In this document: in pieces, positions 55,902 through 64,000 of the stretch
Layout of the letters: every line of letters begins with the position of its first letter
Position numbering within the stretch: position 1 is the first letter of the stretch
Source of the DNA: Blastocladiella emersonii ATCC 22665
Taxonomy: Eukaryota > Fungi > Blastocladiomycota
Reading direction: 5' to 3'
Assembly (NCBI GenBank): GCA_025594325.1
Contig: JANHCV010000013.1
Location: 992,001 to 1,056,000 of the forward strand
Length of the DNA: 64,000 bases
Program-made: the position numbers and the translations under genes
Notes under the pieces: model-generated
Database searches by the model: none
What the model saw: only the letters and a program-made list of their open reading frames with translations
Told to the model about the DNA's origin: nothing

Positions 55902-56465
55902 TTACTCATCAGTCGGCATTGCATCAAATTCTACGCGCAGTTTTCCGGTCTTGTTACGGATGTGGTTCTGGTAATCCGCGCGGATGTCAGCAAAGGTGTC
56001 GCTTGCAGACTCAAGTGCTGCAAGAAGTGCAGGGTTAAAGGTCTTGTTGCGGATTTGCGCACCAATCAAGAACCAATCCATGCGCTTATCTCTAAGTCGT
56101 TGTTCAAAGGCTCTCTCCATGTCTCGGCTAAGATCGTCAAAGGTATCATTGTATGAGTGCATGAATTGGAACAACCTATCCCTGCTGCGTGCTCGATCGT
56201 ACTTTGCCATCATTGACTCATTTTGTCGAAGTTCGTATTCTGCTTTTCTGTATTGATCGGCCATGACCTTGTACGTTTGCAAGAAGTGCTTTGGAACGTT
56301 AGATCGGCACATTATGCATGTCTTTTCGCCAGAACGACCACGCACGCACAGCCAGCATACCTGCATTCCACATTTGCAACACCAGACTCGATTGTTGCCA
56401 ACGAATGCGCTTGTGCACGTTGGACAATGAGTGTTCCAGTTCACTGTCGATGCTACAGAATCCAT
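55902..56465 (-). CDS. RING-finger-like protein with coiled coil
   Basis: CPTC...CCKC...CWLC...CIMC eight-ligand pattern; T-tract...GTAAACATG start context. Confidence 0.7.
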   Translation of the reverse strand: MDSVASTVNWNTHCPTCTSAFVGNNRVWCCKCGMQVCWLCVRGRSGEKTCIMCRSNVPKHFLQTYKVMADQYRKAEYELRQNESMMAKYDRARSRDRLFQFMHSYNDTFDDLSRDMERAFEQRLRDKRMDWFLIGAQIRNKTFNPALLAALESASDTFADIRADYQNHIRNKTGKLRVEFDAMPTDE

Positions 56466-56576
56466 GTTTACGATTTAGGTAGGAAAAAAACTCTTTGGAA
56501 CCCAAGCACTGAGACGGGCGCAAGTCTTTATTCAGAGTCTCGGCATCTTCTAATGCCCACAGCAGTAATCACGAAC

Positions 56577-57348
56577 TCAATCGTCGTAGCCGTACATGGC
56601 GTTGTCCTCGTCGTCGGACACGATCTTGGGGGTGTCGGCGCGCGACTGCTCTTCGATGGGCGACTCGGGAAGCGGGACCTCCTCGGGGTTCGAGTTGCGG
56701 CGAGCCTTGTTGAAGGACGGCGAGTCGTCCTTGGTGCGCGCCTTCTTGGAGCGCGGGATCGGGGCGGGCGGGTCGACGTCGTCCTTAAAGTTGATCGAGC
56801 GGATGTGCTTGGGCGTGACGGCGAGCAGGAACGGCGTTGAGGGCGTCGAGAAATGCGAGGGAGCGTCGTCGTCTAATGTGCGCGAGAACGTAGTCAGCGG
56901 GCGATCGTGGCGTGCGAGTCAGCGGGAAAACCGTACCGCCGCGCTTGCGCTTCTTCTTGATCAGCTTGTCGATGCTGCCCTGGATCTGGTCGAAGGTGTT
57001 GGCCTTGAGCTCGAGGATCTGCTGCTTGAGGGTCGCGTTCTCGGCGTGCATGTTGGTGATGACGTTCTGGTACATGGTCTTGATCGAGTCGGCGAAACGC
57101 GCACTGTTCTCATAGCGCTCGGCCATGTTGACGTTCATGTACTCGAGCGGGGCGTCGCGGAAGGCGGCGATGACGGCCGGCAGGTCCTTGTGGAACGCGC
57201 GCCACTGCGTCGACTTGCGCTCGACGAACTCGGTGTAGATCTTCTCGTGGTCGACCTTGGGGAACTTGCGGTGCACCAGGTCCGACATCTGCTTAGCAAA
57301 GTCGTCGAGCTGCTCGGTGATGTGGTCGCGGTAGTTCGAAGGATCCAT
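56577..57348 (-). CDS. Viral gene with a 64-nt spliceosomal intron (56873-56936); 235-aa coiled-coil/NLS protein
   Basis: GTACGG...GCTGAC...TAG intron; splicing restores GGC G|AC GAC and opens a 98-codon GC3-rich exon ending YGYDD*; KKKRKR just before the intron. Confidence 0.75.
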
Positions 57349-57415
57349 GGTTTTCTGCGTTTGAGGAGCGCGGGTGGAGCGCGGGGGTGCGGGGGATTTG
57401 TGGGCGCGGACACGG

Positions 57416-57523
57416 ACGCGTCGCGTTGACCCAGGGGTGACGCGTGGGAATTCGGATCACGCGTCCCCACGCGTCCCACTCCACGACGCGTCTCCCGCTG
57501 CCCTGCTCCACGCTGGGACGCGT
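57416..57523 (-). promoter_or_regulatory. Cluster of six ACGCGT (MCB-like) sites upstream of the intron-containing gene
   Basis: Sites at 57416, 57440, 57459, 57469, 57486 and 57518; two lie outside the TIR. Confidence 0.45.
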
Positions 57524-58211
57524 GACCTGGCGCCGATCACTTCCACAATCACCTCCACGAATAATTCCACGAACTCACTTTATGACAACTCCACGAACTC
57601 ACTTTACGACCAACTGCAAATTCTTCGGAACGCCCGTTTTCTTCATAAGTCGAGTTCGCAAATTCTTCGGCGATCAGGGCGCGAAGCTGCTTCTGCAAAA
57701 AGTTCGGAAATGGACCCCGTCGTTTAGGTCGGGGTCGGTTTTCGAAGAACTTGCAAAGGGTTGTTGCTTACGGTGAGTGGTCGAGTGGATCGCGAACTCG
57801 ATTTATCGTGTTATCTATAAAAAGTAGTTAACTCAAGTTCAGTTCACTCAAGTTCTTCGGACTTCTTAAGTTCGTTCACTCAAGTTCTTCAGACCTGCTC
57901 TACTGCTTAGATCCTTGATTTACTCTACCGCCTTCTCCACGCTCACTTCCACAGCCTCGCCCTGGCGGGCTCCACGGGCGCGTCACTCGGGGTAAGCAAC
58001 GCGTGGGGTGGCCATCCGCGTCAGTGTGAGACACTCAGGGAGACGCGTCGGGTGTGAGACGTCACGTGGAATTCACGTGACCTATCGCCGCGGCCATCGT
58101 AGATCGTAGCCACGTGTTCTATCCGCCCATACCGGTAGTACTACGTACTTTGATCTACCCCGTGCCACCCATTCCTTTCATTGAATGCCGCTGCCCTTAA
58201 GGGCAGCGGCA
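57455..58211 (-). repeat. Right TIR (757 bp), ending in the same 26-bp palindrome (58186-58211)
   Basis: Reverse complement of 40778-41534. Confidence 0.97.
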
Positions 58212-58216
58212 ATCAT

Positions 58217-58800
58217 GATCGCTGTCGGCGCTCGTGCGACCAGTGATACCCCGTTCGCCGCCTGCGCTCGCGCGATCCGCGGCATCCCGTCGCGCACCGG
58301 CGCTCGCGCGATTTGCGGCATCCCGCTCGTCGCACGCGTCGCGCATCCCCCTTGCCGCCCGCGCTCACGCGATCCCGTGACGCTCCACCACGGCGCACAC
58401 GCCCGCGCGATCCACGGCATTGCGCTCAGCGCCCACACTCGCGCAATCCGCGGCACCCGCTCGACGCACGCGCTCGCGCGATCCGCAGCACCTTCTCGCC
58501 GCCTGCGCTCACGCTGGCCGCGCACCCCGCTCGCTGTGCGCCCTCACGCGAGGCGCGCGCTGACAGCACCCCGTTCGCCATCCGCATTTGCGCTACCCAC
58601 GGCACCCCGCTCGCCCGCTTGACTCGCACAATTTGCGGTATCCCGCTCGCACGCTGGACCCGCACGACCCGCAGCATCCCGCTCGTCTTCCAACGTCGCA
58701 CAAGTCGCACATCCTTCTCGCCAAAGGCACCTGCGCGATCTGCGGCACCCCGCTCGCTTCGCGCACCCTCCTCGCCGTACGCGCCTGCGCGATTCGCGCA
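58217..58800 (+). repeat. Continuation of the degenerate ~33-bp GC-rich repeat of the copia leader
   Basis: CGCTCGCGCGATCCGCGGCATCCCG units as at 40180-40772. Confidence 0.7.
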
Positions 58801-59012
58801 TCCCGCTCACCGCATGCGCTTGCACGTGCTGCATCATCCCGCCTGCAGTTCACACTCTGTTGAACTGCTGCGCCTTACCTGCTGGGTGCTGCCTCGTGGT
58901 TACCTCCTGTCACACTCCCTATCCGCTGCTACGCGGCCTGCTGCAGCCCTTTGCGCGCTGCGCGCCGTGCTCGCACCGCTGTGCGCTCCCTGCATGCCCC
59001 TGCGCTTGCTCC

Positions 59013-59414
59013 TGCCTCGTGGTGGTTGGGGGAGCGGCCGCGTCTGTCCTGCCTCTCGCTGTTGGGGGAGTGGCCGCGCCTGTCTTGCCGCTCGCCATTG
59101 GGGGAGTTGCCGCGCCCGTCCCGCTGCCCGCCATCAACAAGCCTGAGCCGGCCACCATTGCTGACGGGTTCTACGCCAACGCCACGCTCCTGCCCGACCG
59201 GCTCAACGCCATCAAGGCGGCCGCGGCAACGACGCGCCGCTCGCCGTCGGGGGAGCCGCTGCGCCCAATCCGCCGCTCACTGTCGGGGGAGCTGCTGCGC
59301 CTGACCCGCCGCTCGCTGTCGGGGGAGCCGCTGCGCCCAACCCGCCGCTCGCCGTCGGGGGAGCCGCTGCGCCCGACCCGCCGCTCGCCGTCGGGGGAGC
59401 CGCCGCACCTCGCC
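59013..59414 (+). repeat. 36-bp coding repeat (PPLAVGGAAAPD): 5 tandem copies at 59235-59414 plus 3 degenerate copies upstream
   Basis: CGCCGCTCGCCGTCGGGGGAGCCGCTGCGCCC units; the 5 tandem copies are in frame with pol. Confidence 0.8.
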
Positions 59415-62400
59415 CGTCCAACATCTCCATTGAGATGGGGGGAGGAACCTCGGACTCGGCCCCGGCCTGCGCATCTGGCCCCGCCGCCGGCGATGCACCA
59501 CCACTACCACCGTTGCCATCCACCACCGGCACCTCTTCCTCAACACGGTCTCGATTTCCTCGTTCATTCTCAAAATCTGAAGCCAAGACCGCCACTTCGA
59601 CAGCCATCCTGCACCTTCGGTTTGGCCACGCCGGCCGCAACGCGCTGCGCAAGCTCTTCAACCCGATCTACCACCTCTTCTCCGAGCACAAGTCGCACCT
59701 GGCCGACAAGACGCTTGACGACGACTGCTTCATCTGCAAATCGTCCAAGGAGGTGTTCCAGTCGCTCCCATCCACGGGCAACACCACCAACGCCCCGCTT
59801 GAGCTGCTCCAGGTGGACTTAAACGTCATCAATTACGCGCCGTCGCACATCCACGGCTACCGCTACGTCATGGCCGTGCACAACGACTTCTCCCGGCTCG
59901 CGTGGCTCGTGCCGCTCAAGAAGAAGAGTGAGGCCGCCCAGAAGCTCCGCCACCTCATCAACCGCATCAAGCGCGACCTGTCGCACAAGGTCGTCCACCT
60001 GCGCTGCGACGGCGAGGGCTCGTTCCGCAGCAACTCGTTTGTGTCGTGGTGCAGCACCATGGGCATCCAGCTCAAGCCGACGGTCCCTGGCCACCACGGC
60101 GGCAACGGCTCGGTTGAGCGCCTGTTCCGCACGCTCAACGAGCGCGTCTGCGCCTACCTCCAGCACGTCAACCGCCGCCTCGTGTTCAACCAGACCCCGC
60201 GCGCCGGCCTCAACTGGAAGACGCCGTACGAGGTCCTCTATGGCCGCGTGCCTAACCTTGCCAACATCCGCGCGTGGGGCGTCACTGCGCTCGCGCCGCC
60301 GCGGCACGGCACGCACGTGCGCAAGCTTGACCCATCAGCGCGCCCGTATATCTTCCTCAGCCACAGCGACAACGAGGCCAAGACGCACGTCATGCTCAAC
60401 CTGCAGACCAAGCGCATCGTGCGCGTCCGGCTCGCCGTGTTCGACAAACGAGCGCTTGTCAAGCGCGCCATGTCGAGCGTGGAAGCCTTCCACCGCCTCT
60501 TCAAGGACTATGAGACGCAGTACACCAAGGATGACGGGGCTTGTCAACTCCCCGGCGACGACGAGTACTTGCCCTCGCAGGACGGCACCCAGTACAACGA
60601 GGGGTTCGACTCCAAGGAGGAGGTCAACCAGTTCCTGTACGAGATCAACGGGCCAACCGCGTCCGGCGGTGCACGCGTACACGCGCCCGGTCCCGCGCCG
60701 CGCGCCGAGTCGCCGATCCCCAGTCCCGCACCGCGCGCTGAGTCGCTGATCCCCAAGATCGCGCCGCGCGCTGAGTCGCCGATCCCTGAGATCGCGCCAC
60801 GCGTCGATCCGCCGGCACCCGAGATCGCGCCGCACGGCGACCCGCCAATCCCCGCACGTTTTGGCGACCTCGTATATGACAAGAAGACGGACTCGTACCG
60901 GTACCCGCCCACGTCAACCAGAACGCGCATCGGCCGCACCCTCGCTCGGCCCATGCTCAACCTTGCGCTGCCCGACCCGTTCGCGGCTGTGTCGCTGTTC
61001 CACGCCCCACGTAAACAGGCCACCAACATTGTCGCCACCGCGACGGCCCATCCGTCGCAGCTCACCACCGGCGTGTCCCAGTCGGTCATGTTCACCATGA
61101 TCGACGTGCCACGCAACTACCGCGACGCGTGCAAGTCCGAGAACTTCACCAAGTCGTTTGCTGCGCAGAACACGGAGCTCACGGCGCTGATCAACAACGG
61201 CACCTGGATTGTGATCAAGAAGGCCGACGTCCCCGCCGGCGAACGCATCATCGGCTTGCAGTGGGTCTACGCATACAAGGCTGCCAAGGACATCTTCAAG
61301 GCGCGCCTCGTTGCCCGAGGAGACCAGCAGCGCGTCGGCCTTGACGTCAATAACTGCTACTCGCCCACGGTCTTGTACGCGTCAATCTGCACCTTCTTTG
61401 CCGTCACCGCGTCACGCAGGTGGCGTATCCACTCCATGGACGTCTCAAACGCGTACGTCCACGCTGACTTGCCCAAGCCCGTGTACATGTACCCGCCACT
61501 GGGCATTGGCGCCGCGCCTGACGACGTGTTCCTCCTCAAGAAGTCGCTCTACAGTCTCAAGAACGCCGGCCGCGAGTGGTACTTGTTACTCTCGTCCGAG
61601 GTCGAGAAGCTCGGGTTCAAGCGCACAACGGCCGACCCGTGCATGTTCTCGCGCAAGCTCGACGGCTCCGTGACCAACCTCATGTGCTACGTTGACGACC
61701 TCCTCATTGGCGGCGACAACGAGCTGCAGGTCGAGCGCGTCAAGTCCGACCTCGCCAAGGTCTTCACCATCAAGGACCTTGGTCCCGCCGACTCGTTTTT
61801 GAACATGGAGGTGGTCCAACACAACGACTACATCTGGATCAGCCAGTCGCGGTACATCAAGGACCTTGTTGAGCAGTGGGGCCTTGAACCGCCCAACACC
61901 CAGGTCCCCATCTCGCGGCTGCCTGAGTTGGGCCTCACCAACTCCATGGTCGCCTCAACCAACTACAACGGCAAGGTCCCAAACGCCAGCGACGACAGTG
62001 ACACGGAGTACAACGAGTCGCAGGCCGACGCGTCCCGCACAACCAGCGCCCTCGACGCAGATCGGACCCGCAAGTACCAGTCGGTCCTCGGCGCCCTGCT
62101 CCACCTCGCCACTGTGTTGCGGCCCGACATCACGTTTGCAGTCGGTGTTGCGGCTCGCCGCGCATCGTGCCCGACGTTTGACAACTGCAAACTGCTCGCC
62201 CAAATCTCGCGCTATGTGACCAGCACGCCCGATCCGGGGCTCAAGTACACACGCGGCGCCTCGATCGCCAACTCGCTCCAGTGCTTCGCCAACGCCGATT
62301 ACACCGGCGACAAGGCGACGTGCCGCTCGACCTCGGGCGTCGTGATCCTGATCGCAGGCGCCCCCGTCGCGTGGATCTCCAAGCGCCAGGCATGGGTCGC

Positions 62401-62773
62401 GCTGTCAATGGTCGAGTCGGAGCTCAACGCCGCCACCGAGGCAACGCGCGAGATCGTCTGGATCAAGGACCTGCTCGAGCAGATGACGCACACCACGCTC
62501 GGCACGATCGTCCTGCAGGAGGACAACGCGCCGCTCATTGCCACCACCGACAACACCGTTGCCGTGTACCGCTTGGTCAAGCACGTCACGGTCCACATCG
62601 CCTTCATCCGCAAGAAGGTCGACACGGGCGTGATCTCGATCAACAAGGTCGCGTCCAAGAACAACCTCGCCGACTTCTTCACCAAGCCCATTGTGAGCAC
62701 GTTCGACTGGGCCGTGTCCCGACTCGGCCTTCACCCGCACCCGCTCGCCAAGCGCGACATCACTAAGGCGTAG
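59165..62773 (+). pseudogene. pol: copia pol (integrase-RT-RNase H), open but damaged
   Basis: HLRFGH...CFIC zinc finger, QVDL/RCDGEGSF/VERLFRTL, FKARLVARG, YVDDLL, ADFFTKP; RNase H D-to-N (FANADY), YGLK-to-YSLK, and the LWxEAV segment is missing. Confidence 0.9.
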
Positions 62774-62794
62774 GCTCCCCCTCGACCGGCAGTC

Positions 62795-62801
62795 GGGGGA
62801 G
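62795..62801 (+). promoter_or_regulatory. Polypurine tract GGGGGAG
   Basis: Directly abuts the 3' LTR. Confidence 0.75.
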
Positions 62802-63126
62802 AGTTCAAGTACACACGCGCACGCTGGCCCAACCGCGAGAGACGCGTCGGGCAATCACGCGAGTGGCACGCGCCGGCGGCGCCACACTTCCAGTCACCAC
62901 TGGCGGACTGCCTCGCCGCGGGGTCGCACGCTCACCTCAAGCGAGCGTCTCCGCTCCCTCTGGTTTTGTTCGAGATCGCTGCTACTATTAGCCGTCGTTA
63001 TACACCCTTTCCTCCCTTCTGCGTCTACCTCCTTCGCTGTGTCCATCACCGTCTCCGTCATCTCCTCAGCCTTCCGTGCATCGTGCTCAACCTTCCTCTC
63101 GCACCCTGCACCTGTACGCTTCAACT
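62802..63126 (+). repeat. 3' LTR
   Basis: 323/325 identical to the 5' LTR. Confidence 0.93.
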
Positions 63127-63351
63127 GGCTTTGCCCTGAAATGCAGGGCTTTGCCCTGAAATATTGGGTGGCCCCTTCGAAAGTCTCGGTCTGTGTCACG
63201 TGCTTTTGGCGGATTTCACTTGGTTTCATCAAGTCGTACATGTCACGTGACTGTGGCTGAACGCGTTTTGCGGCTTGCTCGCGACTTTGGCTCGGGCGAC
63301 GTTGCGCACTCCACTTCTCCTCCACGAAACGATAGCTTGAGCGGCTGTAAC

Positions 63352-63717
63352 ATGCCGCAACACGAGAGTCGGCCAAGGTGGACCGCAGAGGAGTGTGACC
63401 GCCTTGTCGACTGGCTTTGCCCCGACTCGAGCAACTACGCCACCTTCGCGTCGCACGGCCACCGCGCTGCTGCCGGTCGACACGCTGCCGCATGGCTCGC
63501 TCAGCATTCTGCTCATACACGCGCCCCTGAACCCGTCGGCAAGAAGCTCCATGAGCTGATTGACGCATACCATGGACTGCTTGCGTCGCTGTCGCTGTCC
63601 GCTGCAGATCTGCGCGACCCGTCCTCTCTCTCAGCTCTCCGCCTCGCCCTCATCAACAACGATCCAACGACCGCGCTGAACTTTCAACACGCGTGCCGCC
63701 GTTCAACGCGCATGTAA
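63352..63717 (+). CDS. Myb/SANT-like (trihelix) domain protein, possibly Harbinger-associated
   Basis: RWTAEECDRLVDWL...NYATF...R.PEPVGKKLHELIDAYH pattern. Confidence 0.45.
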   Translation: MPQHESRPRWTAEECDRLVDWLCPDSSNYATFASHGHRAAAGRHAAAWLAQHSAHTRAPEPVGKKLHELIDAYHGLLASLSLSAADLRDPSSLSALRLALINNDPTTALNFQHACRRSTRM

Positions 63718-64000
63718 GCGCTGCACTTACTTCAAACACCTTGTCCTCAACAGTCGCACCCAGGTCGCTTTCGCCTTCTGGTCCTGCACCTCCGCCTACC
63801 GCATCTGCAACCGTGCCTCCACCACCTGCTCCGCCACCGGGTCTGGCGTTGATTGTCACATTTGGGCTTGCCTCATCATGTCACGTGAGTGGCTGAACGC
63901 GTCCCCTTGCCCTTTCTCCCTCGCGCGCCCTCGCTGAATCAAAGTCAACCCGCAACAAATATGTACTCTGTTGTTGCTTCTTCATGTGTCAATGACGTTT

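Larger units (their letters stand above)
40778..58211. mobile_element. Endogenous Polinton-like virus (PLV), 17,434 bp, structurally complete
   Basis: 757-bp TIRs, TG...CA termini, ATCAT TSD (40773-40777 / 58212-58216), A32 ATPase, putative MCP and penton, rve integrase, primase-helicase; interior visibly more AT-rich than the host with very short intergenic gaps. Confidence 0.93.
38229..63126 (+). mobile_element. Ty1/copia LTR retrotransposon (about 7.46 kb without the nested virus)
   Basis: Two 325-bp LTRs, GGCTT TSD (38224-38228 / 63127-63131), PBS and PPT adjacent to the LTRs, copia INT-RT-RH domain order. Confidence 0.93.

Noticed and set aside
40778-58211. Classical Polinton/Maverick or virophage (Lavidaviridae)
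   Set aside because: No pPolB and no cysteine protease ORF is seen; a spliced gene argues for nuclear expression. PLV is the better label pending MCP phylogeny.

Overview
GC-rich eukaryotic DNA with short GT-AG introns. A CatSper2-like channel and an expanded 'LEWW..SG' ankyrin family suggest a zoosporic fungus of the Blastocladiomycota/Allomyces type (inference). The left part (1-38 kb) holds tandem F-box-like/ankyrin genes, many decayed duplicates, a Helitron plus acetyl-CoA-carboxylase chimera between 18-bp direct repeats, a TMEM14 gene, a CatSper2-like gene, an LRR gene and a 26-bp minisatellite. The right part is nested. A young Ty1/copia LTR retrotransposon (38229-63126; 325-bp LTRs with unusual AG...CT ends; GGCTT TSD) is interrupted by a 17,434-bp endogenous Polinton-like virus (40778-58211). 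The virus has 757-bp TIRs with one mismatch, TG...CA ends and a 5-bp ATCAT TSD. It encodes a PrimPol-type primase/UL9-like helicase (one frameshift), a tyrosine-recombinase-fold protein, an rve integrase, a fiber, an A32 packaging ATPase, putative major and minor capsid proteins, a RING protein and an intron-containing gene. No protein-primed PolB is seen. Each viral end is a perfect 26-bp palindrome, and the recombinase has the K-x-x-R variant seen in protelomerases and TopIB. The lead hypothesis (inference, untested) is a hairpin-ended DNA virus that integrates via rve integrase and resolves its ends with a protelomerase-like enzyme. No database searches were run; family calls rest on motifs read by eye.
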